NCBI GenBank assembly: GCA_003427395.1
Contig: BFEA01000008.1
Span: forward strand, 181,204-245,203
DNA length: 64,000 nucleotides
Direction of reading: 5' to 3'
DNA from: Chara braunii
Lineage: Eukaryota > Plantae > Charophyceae
The notes beneath the pieces were generated by a model, which was not told where the DNA came from, did not search any database, and worked only from the letters and a program-made list of their open reading frames with translations. Below are positions 26,410 to 36,980 of this stretch, in pieces (the first letter of the stretch is position 1; the number at the start of each line of letters is the position of its first letter). The translations under genes and the position numbers were made by a program.

Positions 26410-27286
26410 CTTCGGGCTTCGGTAGCTCTGGATCCCTAGTCGGATCGTTACCGATGAGCAGGCTAGCTTTGCTGGCGAACTCCAGCTGGCGCTTCCCGGT
26501 GGCAATTTCTTCGCGCTTTCGCGCCGCTTCCGGATCTTCCGCCTCCGTTTCCGTACGCGTTGCCTCCTCCGGCACGGCTTCCCACTCAGATCCTGTTTCT
26601 TCTTCCTCCTCTTCTCCTTCACTCAGCTCGCCCTCGCTATGTTCACTATAGCTCCCCTCCTCCAATGTTTCCTCGTCTTCATCCTCTTCGTCGTCGTCGT
26701 CGATCACCACTTCCTCTTCCCTCAGATAGAAGGCGTGAGGGATGATATCGTACAGCTTCAGATACTCCTGCCGCGATGGTAGCGTATCCTCGTCCCTAGG
26801 TTCCTCCAAGCACGCAGTCCACTGAAGATACGGATCCAATGATCGCTCGAAAATGTATGGAGCAGGACTGTCGTCACTATGAAAATAGATGTCGGGCGAG
26901 AGATCGTCCGCCAATTGCACGATTGGTGTGATGAGCTCTTGCGCAATCAGCTGGCGGCGCCCCGGCTGTACCGATCCAAAGAGAAAGCCAAGAAGATTGC
27001 CCTCCGCGTTAGTCCTCCAAGCTTGGATGATTAGCAGTTCCGGATTTTCGATCCACGCAGGATGGCCGCTGGTCTGTGTCCACGTCACCTGTATTCTGGC
27101 CAAGCAAAAAAACAGCTCCTCAAAAGTTTCGCGCCACAGCCGCCAATGTCCAGGATTGATAAGAGGGACCGAAAGAGGCTCGAATGAGAAGGAAAGAGAA
27201 GGATGAAGATCGGATTGCCAGAAGGTGGGGAAGAGAGAGGGGAGACCAAAGATAGAGAGAGGAGCGAGAAGATCGACGTGGTTCAT
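26258..27286 (-). CDS. E2 accessory ORF 2 (342 aa; globular N-half, acidic tract, RS-rich tail), unknown function
   Basis: Long intact ORF in sense orientation downstream of integrase. Confidence 0.6.
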   Translation of the reverse strand: MNHVDLLAPLSIFGLPSLFPTFWQSDLHPSLSFSFEPLSVPLINPGHWRLWRETFEELFFCLARIQVTWTQTSGHPAWIENPELLIIQAWRTNAEGNLLGFLFGSVQPGRRQLIAQELITPIVQLADDLSPDIYFHSDDSPAPYIFERSLDPYLQWTACLEEPRDEDTLPSRQEYLKLYDIIPHAFYLREEEVVIDDDDEEDEDEETLEEGSYSEHSEGELSEGEEEEEETGSEWEAVPEEATRTETEAEDPEAARKREEIATGKRQLEFASKASLLIGNDPTRDPELPKPEDGDLAAATSSTARRRRSRSPSSSSPTRPPVRPRTDAGDRPSSLDAVPPTP

Positions 27287-27411
27287 TGGGGATGTGGGAA
27301 GGGGATGAGGGTTGGGATCGCAACTAGCCGCTCACGCGGTGATCGGCGAATATCGCCAAGATCCAATGCAAAGATCGGGATGAGGTTATACCCTTGTCGG
27401 GCGAGGACGTG

Positions 27412-27750
27412 CTACCACATGTTGAACACTTGCTCCGTCCACTCGCGCAGCGAGGTCAAGATCGTGGTATGCCACTGCGGATTGACCGAGCTGATGTCAC
27501 CGCTGAACGCCGCAACCGTGGTAACGTGGCTCGTTCTGGGGCCCGCTCGCCGATGAACTGCGGTTACCTCCGCGAATACCACTGCGTGAGGACTTCCTTC
27601 GATTCGAAACGCAGCGGCGGCACAGATACCTTCGTCGCAGAAGAATCGCATTAATCGGCGACGATCTGCATTGAGTCGAGGGTGACAAACTTGCCGAATC
27701 TCTGAGATGTGGCCATGTGGCTGCAACAGCTGTGCGTCAAGAAGAGGCAC
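27412..27750 (-). CDS. E2 possible accessory ORF 1 (112 aa)
   Basis: Sense ORF after the integrase C-terminus; start uncertain. Confidence 0.35.
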   Translation of the reverse strand: MPLLDAQLLQPHGHISEIRQVCHPRLNADRRRLMRFFCDEGICAAAAFRIEGSPHAVVFAEVTAVHRRAGPRTSHVTTVAAFSGDISSVNPQWHTTILTSLREWTEQVFNMW

Positions 27751-27949
27751 TAGCCTCAGGAGCGATGCGCACCGTGATAAAACTCATGGCGAGGTGGGAG
27801 AGGAGGACGAAGGACAAGAGGGAGAAAGAGGAGAGAGAGTTAGATCGTCGTCGTTCTCTTCGCTTTCCGAGGAAGAAGAGGGAGGAAGATCAGGAGGAGG
27901 AAGAAGACGGAGGTAGGAGGTATGTCGGACAATGGGGACAGAGTTATGG

Positions 27950-29574
27950 CTGGCACTAGCCTCAGGCGCGATGCGCACCGTGTTGGCGCCGTTGAGTCCG
28001 AGCTCGACAACGTGAAAACAGCCAGAAAACTTGGGAGCGAGTTTCCGGTCGCGTGCACATTTACGTACCTGCACTAGGTCCCCTAATTTATATTGATGCT
28101 GGGGCCCAGCATTTCCATTCCGATCCTCGTAGCTACGGACCTATCTACCGTGGGCCAGTTCGGTCATCCTTTGCCTTTTTCGGGCTAGCTTCGGGACGAC
28201 CCGTTCCATTAATTCAGTGTACCTTTTGGCCTTGGCTTTGAAAGTTGTACGCGTGTCTCTACCCCCTGCTTCGGCAATTTCCGAGTTACCTCGGTAGTCG
28301 ACACAGGGGAGGCTATTAGTTCGAAGTTGAAAAGGGGTAAACCCCGTGGACTCGTGAGGGGTGGCCCGGTGGATCCCAACAATTTGATATACGATCTCAG
28401 GCCAAGGACGTGCGTCATGTGCCGGTAAGTTCCTGCGAAGGGCGGTTTTGATCATACGGTTGGCATTTTCGGCCAACCCGTTTGACTAGGACACGTGGGG
28501 TGTCGTATGTCGGAGCGTGATGCCCCTTCGCGCAAGCAGTTCTTCTACCTCACCTTTGAATTCGGACCGATTGGCGGTCACAATTTCTTCCGTATCTAGA
28601 TGGGTATAGAGGAACCGTTCGATGTACGTGGCTATTTCTGCGGCTTTTTGGGTCTTACAGGGATAGACTTCGATGTACTTGGAAAAATGATCTATTAATA
28701 CTAGCAGGATAGAATATTCACAGCGGTTTGGGCCAGGTGGCACGTCGATATCTGTCGCGTCCATACTAACTCGCTGGAAAGGACGCTCTACTTCCGTTGG
28801 TACGATCGTGTTTGGTCCCCGTATAGGGGCGCGATCAGCGGCACAGACCAGACAGTTAGCGACAATGTATTTGACATCATCTCGTATATTGGACCAGAAC
28901 CATCGGTTCTGATCTACAGTTGCCTCCGCGACACGTATTGCGAAATGAGCGGCCTGTTCCTCGTGAGCAAATCGAATCCAATCATATCTCTGGAATGGAT
29001 GGGGAATCGTCAACCACGAGCCCGAACCGTCAGTTTTACGTTTTTCCAAATGGCCGTTGACCCATCGATAGTCCCGAGATCTCTCCGTCGCCCTACGTCT
29101 GTCGTGTTTGGTAAGGTGACCCAATGATAATCCCCCTAATTTTGCCAATAAAATTTTATCCGTCCAAACCTCCGCTCGTCGGTATTTTTCGTCGTATTCA
29201 GGGTCGTCCGTACGGGCGGTCTCGAATCGAACCTCCGTGGGGAGTTTGTTCGTTCTACACAGGGGGCACCTCCACTCCTTGTTATTCGTCCGATATCGAA
29301 CGCAGGCCCCGTGCGCACGATTGACACACGTGGCACATTCTACCCAGTCAACAAACCTGGTTTCGAAAGGACGGCAGTCGACCCCATGGACCCGTGCGAT
29401 GCACGTGCAAAAATAACAGAATTTGTCGGGGAGGGTGGCAAAGAAAGCTGAGGACGTGAGAGGGGCAGCATTAGTAGGAGATGAAGGGGTAGCGGAGGCA
29501 AGTGGGGTAATCATGATGACAGAGAAGGAAGGGATGCAGAGAGGGTAGAATAGACCAATGAGTCCTCGTGTCAC
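27950..29574 (-). pseudogene. PHD finger-integrase (HHCC, DDE core, GPY/F-like tail), broken by a stop at 28486 and further lesions
   Basis: PHD CYFCTC..WVECATCVNRAHGAC..WRCPLC. HHCC H-EEQAA-H..CLVC. Core PFQRVSMD, IDHFSKY, TANRSEF (second Asp lost), NGLAENANR, TPHESTGFTPFQL. Tail KLAPKFSGCFHV. Confidence 0.9.
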
Positions 29575-32282
29575 TCACTGCTTCGATAAGATCTCCACTT
29601 GGCCGTACCAAGGTCCGATCTCTTGTTCGGGTTCGTTCCACGGAATCACCTCCTCACTCTTCGGAACCTTCTCAGGCCGGTGCAGTCGTGTCAGTCCGTC
29701 CGCATTCCCGTGTCTCTCGTGCTTTCGATGACGGATGTCAAAGTCCATGCTCTGCAGCACCGTTGCCCATTGCCCGATCATGCGAGAGTTATCCTTCGAT
29801 TTCTTCAGAGCCAACAAGGGCTCATGGTCAGTTACCAAGGTGAACTTTCGCCCGTACAGGTAAGCGCGGAAGTAGCTGATACCCCAGAGAGCCGCGTCGC
29901 ATTCCCCCGTCGGAGCGTCGTAGTTGCGCTTGCAAGCTGGCACCGATTTGGAGGCGTACTCCACCACACTCTCGAGTCCGCTTGGTCCCACCTGGGCAAG
30001 GATCGCCGAAATTGCCTCTGGCTGCCAGTCAGTGATGAGAACAAAAGGCTTTTCGGGATCCGGTCTTATAAGGACCGGGGCCGAAATGAGAGCGGTCTTG
30101 AGTTTGGAAAACGCTTAATCGCACTCCGGCGTCCAGATCAACGGCTGATCTTTGCGCAGCAGATTCGTGAGGGGTCCCGCAATCGCCACGAAGCCCTTGA
30201 TAAATCTTCGGTAGTACAAGGCCAGGCCCAGAAAGGCGCGAACTTGCATGATAGTTGTAGGCACCGGCGCGTCCCTGACAGCTGCCACCTTCTGTGACTC
30301 CGGCTGGAGTCCCTTGTCTGTCACCACGTGCCCTAGGAAGGAAATGGTGGTGAGGAAAAATTGACACTTCTCAAGCGCCACCTTGAAGCCCGCATCTCGT
30401 AACGCGTGCAGTGCCCATTCGATGTGTTGCACGTGTCCCTCGTAGGAACTTGAATACACCAAGATATCATCCATGTACACAATCACGCAGTAGTTGATAA
30501 TGCTCTGTGCCAACCGAGTCTTTCTCACGAAATTCTGAAAAGCCATGTTTATGGCTCGCTGAAAGGTCGCGGGGGCGTTGTAGATACCCATCGGACATCG
30601 AATCCACTGCCATGTGCCCTCGAAAAGTACAAACGCTGTTTTCAGACGATCTTCTTCTCGAACAAGAAGATGATGGAACCCATGGCGAACATCAAATTTG
30701 TTGAAAAATCGAGCACTCCCAATCGCATCCAACAACTCATCAATCCGGGGGAGGGGGTACACATCTTTGATCATGATATCATTCAACTTTCGATAATCAA
30801 TGCAAATGCGAATCCCTCCAGTCTTTTTAGGCACGATTACTACGGGAAAAGATTAGGGACCTATGGCGGGTTCGATCCATCCATTAACTTCGAACTCCTT
30901 AATCCGCTGAAAAGCGGCCGGTCTTTGAGCTGGCGAGTATCGGTAAGGAACGCAGCTAATGGGTGGATGGTCTCCCGTGAGAATGGCATGCTCGATCACA
31001 TTAGTTAAGCCAATGTCATTATCATGTATGCTCAATACTTCCGCGTACCCGTTTAACACGTAGATTAATGATTTTCGAAGTTCTGCGGGGACGTGACCTG
31101 GCAGGGTGATTGTTGATTCCTCGAAAATCTCAAGGGGCACATCGACCCAATCATCCGGCCGTTCCTACCGATCATGGACACTAGAGAAAACGGAACTACT
31201 GGTGCGAACAGAGAAAACTGTAGCTATCATCTGGGACTCTGCGGGGCTGATCACCTTTGTTTCTTTGGCTTCAGCATCAGTCTCTGAATCAACCGAGGTC
31301 GGTTCCACAGTTAGCCCCGCTAGATCCGTCATTTCCTGCATCAGATCAGGTACGTCACTTACTGGTGCTTCCGCCTCTTGTTTAATCAAAATGATGGTGG
31401 CTCCTGGCGTTAGTAACGTTCTGGGCGGGAAAACAGAAACATCCAAATATTGTTCCATTTGCTGATAACGCGTACGTAAGGACAGAGCTCCTTCGTACAA
31501 GGTGCGAGGGGGTTCCGAATCATCTGTCAGGTCAGATACTTGTAATATAGGTTCCCCAAGCAGGGCCGAAGGATTAACTTGCGTTATCGGAGGCGCAAAC
31601 ACGCTGTCTCCTGAATCCACGTGGAAACTTTGAACAGGGTCGGGGCACACTTGGAATTCCTCGGGAATTTCGTGTTCGAAAAGTTCAACCAGGTGCTTCC
31701 ATTCATCTTCGCTAGGCAGCTCTTCTTCGTATTCCTGTTCCCGGATTCCATCACTGATGTGCGAGGGAGAGCGCTCCTCGGAATCAATGCATTGAATCAT
31801 CCCAATTTGGGCCAAGTTAGGGACCCGTTGAATCGTTCGGGTGGAAACTCGCAAGGGAACAGTTTGAGGCTTTCCCCCAGTTTGCGTGAGCACCGATTGT
31901 TTCGAATCGAAATGCAGGCGTGCGCCCACCGCCATCGCCCAAGGTAATCCGAACAACAAAGAATAAGAACGTACATCTATTACGAGCACGTTAACAAGAA
32001 CGTGTACTCGTCCGACTTTTACAGCCACGTTCTCGATAATGCCTACGATGTGCATTGCTTCCTCGTCGGCAGAGACATAATTGTCTTTGCCAGATTGAGG
32101 AAGAATGGATCCAAGTCGTCCCGTCTTTTTTACTGTATCCAATGATATGGCCACGACAGAAGATCATGTGTCAATAAGGGCATTAAACAGCTTGCCCCAA
32201 ACTTCACAGTCACATTCCGCACTTTTTCACAATACCGGTCGAGCTCGTACGAAGTGATTTTTTTCTGCTAAAGAGATCGCTG
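29575..32282 (-). pseudogene. E2 pol: protease, RT, RNase H with several premature stops
   Basis: Protease ALIDT*SS (DTG mutated to a stop). RT CIDYRKLN, NAPATFQ, YMDD. RNase H FTLVTDHEPL..HGNADGLTR. Confidence 0.93.
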
Positions 32283-33833
32283 CTATACGTGCCGCTTCGG
32301 GTTTAGGTTCTCTCGTGTCCGGCTCGGGGGGTGCAACTCCTCGCTTCCTTCCTTCTTTTTCAACATCCGTTGTATGCGCTGATAGGTAAAGCGCTTTTGA
32401 TTTTTCTGGCAATGTTGTAAAAGTTTACCGTTCGCGGCTTCAGATATGGTGAGCAGATGTCCTCCTGGGATAGGAATGCGAATATCTAGTTGCTTGAGCG
32501 ATTTCAATACATCAATATCTCCTGTCCGAAATTGCAGTCCAGGATTGGATTCGCGATCGACCCATTCGAGATCATTTGGGGCCGATCGGATCGCTCCGAT
32601 CATGCCTGCAAGATGAAGATACTTGAGGGGATCGACCACATCAGCAGCGTCAGAGGAAGAAGCTCCAGAGGTCGACGCTGTTGCCATCGAAGGGGAAGGC
32701 TGCTTTGGGGCATATGCCACGAGTTCTCCTCCTTGATCCGTATCCATCAGGGCGGCCACTCGTCCTTGATTAAGGGCGACAGGGGCCGCAGCAGGGGGAG
32801 GCTGATTACATTTCGACTGCGGACAGTCCCGGGCGAAATGCCTGGGCTGTTTGCAGTTAAAGCACTCGATCTTTCCTGCTGGATTAGCTAGATGAGGGAA
32901 CTGAGGTGCGAACCCTGGAGCAGGCGGGGCAGGTAAGAGTGGAAATGATGCGGGGCCAGGCCGAGCAGGAGCCGGGTTAGGCTTAATTATCCTGCTCATT
33001 ATTTGTTCCATTCGTTCCATATGAGCGGCTTGCATTTGGATCAAGTTGCTCATCCGATCGGACTGCTTAGTAGTGGCCGTATGGATCATTTGGGCAAGGT
33101 GTGAGTTGGTTATGGCCGGCGAGGAGGGTTCGGGTGAGATTCCGCTTTTAACGACTGCGATCGATTGATTCGCCGGAGGAGAGGAAGAAGACGCAGGCGG
33201 GGTATCGGAAACGATCCCACCGGGGAGGTCATGGTCGGGGCGGGGATAAAACCGTTCGACCGCCTGCAGCCATGATCGCCTTTTAGCCGTTACATCCCGT
33301 ATAGTATCTGTGATGTCTTCGTCTCCCTGGCTGATATACTTTTTTGTATCAATCAGGTCCAGTTCCAATGCTTTAGTGATGATAGCCCATAACTGGTGAG
33401 TTTTCAGCGGAACCTTTTTCTGCAGTTTGCCTTTCAATGTAGGACTTCGTAGATGGTCGATGAACAAATCTCGAGCGGATTTCTCGTCTCGCCCGGATTT
33501 GTCCAGCGTGGTTTGAAATCGATCGACCAAATCGGGTAACCATTCCCCTGGTCCTTGTGGCCGATTTTTGAGTACGTACCAGACGGCATCTTCACTAACC
33601 GTATCAAATTGAGCCAAGAAAGCTTGCTTGAAAGTATCCCAGTCTACCCACGTATGTTTTCTAAACCAGTCATGCGACGTATTGCGGAGTAGCAATGTCA
33701 AAACGCGGGGAAAATCGATTGCGCTGTAGTTTTGAGCTTCGACAACTTCTAGCCAAGCCTCGGGGTGGGTATGGTTAGGGAAGAAGGGGAAGGGTGCGGG
33801 GATACTAACGATCACCCTAGTACCATCCACCAT
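32283..33833 (-). CDS. E2 Gag (capsid-like region plus CCHC zinc knuckle)
   Basis: 516-aa ORF starting ~120 nt after the PBS; WDTFKQAFLAQF and CFNCKQPRHFARDC. Confidence 0.92.
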   Translation of the reverse strand: MVDGTRVIVSIPAPFPFFPNHTHPEAWLEVVEAQNYSAIDFPRVLTLLLRNTSHDWFRKHTWVDWDTFKQAFLAQFDTVSEDAVWYVLKNRPQGPGEWLPDLVDRFQTTLDKSGRDEKSARDLFIDHLRSPTLKGKLQKKVPLKTHQLWAIITKALELDLIDTKKYISQGDEDITDTIRDVTAKRRSWLQAVERFYPRPDHDLPGGIVSDTPPASSSSPPANQSIAVVKSGISPEPSSPAITNSHLAQMIHTATTKQSDRMSNLIQMQAAHMERMEQIMSRIIKPNPAPARPGPASFPLLPAPPAPGFAPQFPHLANPAGKIECFNCKQPRHFARDCPQSKCNQPPPAAAPVALNQGRVAALMDTDQGGELVAYAPKQPSPSMATASTSGASSSDAADVVDPLKYLHLAGMIGAIRSAPNDLEWVDRESNPGLQFRTGDIDVLKSLKQLDIRIPIPGGHLLTISEAANGKLLQHCQKNQKRFTYQRIQRMLKKKEGSEELHPPSRTRENLNPKRHV

Positions 33834-33956
33834 TGGTGCCGCGGGTGCAGCCGCACCAGACTAAGACCGGGTTACTGGACGATCCCGACGAACTAGTTGC
33901 GGGCCTCTCCTACCTCTCGCCGGTTCGACTTACTATCATTAGAACCGACACGTGTC

Positions 33957-33969
33957 GGCTCCGATACCA
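33957..33969 (-). promoter_or_regulatory. E2 PBS (initiator tRNA-Met), overlapping 14-bp palindrome CCGACACGTGTCGG at 33945-33958
   Basis: TGGTATCGGAGCC immediately after GTGAGGT. Confidence 0.9.
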
Positions 33970-36716
33970 ACCTCACGCCCTGTGCTGTCTTTCGTTCGGA
34001 GTGTTAGGCGTCCGGAAAGAGGCCCATAAAAACAGCAAAATGGGGTGTGCCAAGGATTTTTGGAAATTGAGTGTGGGGACACAGATGAAACTGAAATCCC
34101 CCGTGTTGGTCCAATGAAGCAAGTCGATTGCTTTCGCGCGTCGCGGAATGCGAGCGCGGGCACGGAGCGACAAGAGACAAATCCAAATTCAATCCAAAAA
34201 GTATTGTTGGACTTCCCACCGAGCCACAACTCGTCGTTTAGAACAGAAAGGCTTTGGCACGCTTCGCGTGTCTCGTTTTCGTATCAAATCTCGTCGTCGT
34301 TCGATGGTCAGTTTCGAGTCCGACGTGGATGGTCTCAGCCGCGTGACTCTTTCTTTATGCTCGTCTTCACTCCGCACACGGTAGTGGAAACCCCTGGATT
34401 CGTAGCGTTCAAAACGCTGGCATTCGGTGCATAGAGTGAGTGGCCAGTGGGGTTCTACTGCCGTCCACGGGATGACGATCAACTCGTTGAATGGCAACAA
34501 TATCGAGTAAGGTGGGAAGTGTGTGTCGAGAATGATAAACCCAGCCTCTACGAACCCTGAACAACGATTTGCCAGAGGGAAGTGGTATCGTCCGCCGATC
34601 TGTGCGACAACTTCTCGCACATCCCACTTGCATATACGTGTCCTTTCCTCGTTGTACGGAAAAGGCCGTGTTGGGGCGGGAGATACGGGAGGCTGGTGCC
34701 CAATCGAAGGGTACTGGTTGGTCCACATATCAATCAATTGGAAAGACCTTGCGACGTCATCAAGAAAAGAAAACACTCGCGCAACTCATAGACAAGTCCC
34801 TTCAACCCGAGAGGGAGAGAGAGAGAGAGAAAGAAGACATGTCAGCAGCTTGATCATGCATATAACTAAGGGACCGATCCGCGGCTCAGGTTTAATGAGC
34901 CAGCGCGCCGTTGATCCCCGGGCGCCTTGTTTCTCGAGGCCGCCTCGTGGTTGGGCTGCGGATGTCGGACAACATAAGGCAGATGGCATGCGCAGTGCAC
35001 TCAAAGCTACAAATCTAAACACTCTTGCATTCTCGAACAAAATCCCACAATCATCTAATCAATGTCAAAGAGACGCGCATTCCCATACATCCATTCGTTG
35101 TGGAAGATGCGAAAATGAGCCATGCACTGAAAAAGATGGATTGATTGCACAGTACACACGCATCCACCGTTCACAAGACAAGAAGACGGGGTCCTTGCGC
35201 GGGAGGATTACCCAGGAAACTAATGGAAGAGTTCCGAAAGAAGTTCTTTCACGCAAGGAAAGCATACAGATTCATGCTCGTCCAGAAGAGGGAAAAAAAA
35301 GAGAGAGAGAGAAAGAGAGAGAGAAGAATCGAGACACATTATCATTCAAAGATAGAGGAGAAAGGGGAAGGTGAAGGGGGGGGGGGAAGAGAGTCTAGAT
35401 AGGAGATGCCGCAACCCAAAAGAAGGAAGTTCAGAGAGAAAGATCCACAAAAACAAAGGCGCATTCGCCGTTAATTCTAATATGGCCCCGGGCCAATAAC
35501 TCACTCAACTCCAATCATCGATCCTCATACCCGCACCGACGATCCCGGCCGCCGCGTGCTTACTCCCTTCACTGCGATCGTCACACCGCTTTCGTAGAAT
35601 CGACACAGTTCGCCCAGATCCCACAGTCCGTCGTGGCGATCCAGCGCGCAACCGGCCAGCCTATCGTCAGCCCGACAGGACTTTCCGATTAGCANNNNNN
35701 NNNNNNNNNNNNNNNNNNNNNNNNNNNNNNNNNNNNNNNNNNNNNNNNNNNNNNNNNNNNNNNNNNNNNNNNNNNNNNNNNNNNNNNNNNNNNNNNNNNN
35801 NNNNNNNNNNNNNNNNNNNNNNNNNNNNNNNNNNNNNNNNNNNNNNNNNNNNNNNNNNNNNNNNNNNNNNNNNNNNNNNNNNNNNNNNNNNNNNNNNNNN
35901 NNNNNNNNNNNNNNNNNNNNNNNNNNNNNNNNNNNNNNNNNNNNNNNNNNNNNNNNNNNNNNNNNNNNNNNNNNNNNNNNNNNNNNNNNNNNNNGATTGG
36001 CGAGCGGGAGTTATCGATGGATTGACCGGGCGTCGTGTGCCAGCCTCAGAGGGTGAGGGAAAAAAAAGGCGCGAGAAGTGGCGCAAGACAGGTCCAAGAT
36101 TCAGATGATCAAGAAAGGAAAAGGGGCGCGCAGAGAGCAAGGCGGGAGAGAGAGAGAGAGAAAGAAAACAGTTACAGGGCGAGAGAAAGGGGAGAGAGAA
36201 GGGGAAAGGAGCGTGGGAGGGAGCGATGCGGGGGACAGAGAGGAGACAGCTTTGCACGCGCGGTGCCGTCAACAGAAAGAGAGAAAAAGGCACCGAAACA
36301 GTTACAGCCTAATTCAAAATTGAAATCACCATATCCGCGCGCGAAAGAGCGACGCGGGAAAAGAAAATCCTATGCCTATTCGTATTCGCACAAAATTCCG
36401 AGAGTTTTCCCTGACGCGACCAAGAACATTCACACACACGAAAAGGACACGTCGATGTTCCGCTTACCCCGGAATTCCCAACTGCCGAGGCCAATTCCCA
36501 GTGCGTTCGCTAAGGCGGACGTAATTTCCTATGTATTTCCCGAATTGCAGAAAGGAAAAGCAGAACCCGGGATTCGAAAAAAGCTTCCGAAAGATGGGGG
36601 CCAAAAACGCGGTACCCAAAATCAAGAAAACGAAACAGGGTTTTTATGGGGTTGGTATGATACAAGCACAAAAGGGGAACGAAAGATAGCATGGGTTCGG
36701 GAAGTGGTTCGTCACA
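33970..36716 (-). repeat. E2 5' LTR (lacks terminal CA; contains N-gap)
   Basis: Matches 22645-25420 and joins the PBS directly. Confidence 0.95.
34189..34728 (-). CDS. LTR-encoded ~179-aa protein with CxxC motif (MWT..PPYSILLPFNELIVIPW..CTEC..LRPSTSDS)
   Basis: Homologous frames in other LTR copies (ORFs 16068, 18477, 22945/23236, 56169, 58479, 59816), with synonymous divergence. Confidence 0.72.
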   Translation of the reverse strand: MWTNQYPSIGHQPPVSPAPTRPFPYNEERTRICKWDVREVVAQIGGRYHFPLANRCSGFVEAGFIILDTHFPPYSILLPFNELIVIPWTAVEPHWPLTLCTECQRFERYESRGFHYRVRSEDEHKERVTRLRPSTSDSKLTIERRRDLIRKRDTRSVPKPFCSKRRVVARWEVQQYFLD

Positions 36717-36720
36717 AGCG

Positions 36721-36980
36721 AAGGCTGGCCAGGCACTGGAAAACAGTTCTACCGGTAACCCATCCAGACCTGGGCATTTCCCTCGCACCATCAGTTTAAC
36801 GGCCTTTGTTAATTCTTGTTCTCTGATTGGGGCCTCAATCCGCACCCTTGCTTGAGACAAGATACAAGCTGAGGTCATGTTCCGAAATGAAGAGTCAATA
36901 GAGAGATCTGAATCAAAACTATCAAAAGGTCTACGGGTAGTGACTATATCCCTAAAGTACTCAAGGGCATTTTGCACATT
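36721..36980 (-). pseudogene. LINE RT fragment (upstream part, split by E2)
   Basis: EAPIREQELTKAVKLMVRGKCPGLDGLPVELF, the L1-type K.PG.DG motif. Confidence 0.88.

Larger units (their letters stand above)
22633..36716 (-). mobile_element. Full-length 14.1-kb Ty3/Gypsy element E2 with PHD-integrase, LTR-encoded ORF and accessory ORFs; pol has nonsense mutations
   Basis: TGTGACG..CGTCACA ends, TSD AGCG (22629-22632 / 36717-36720). Excision rejoins the LINE RT as SSAWPAF-APFLCQIYN. Domain order is gag-PR-RT-RH-IN. Confidence 0.95.
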
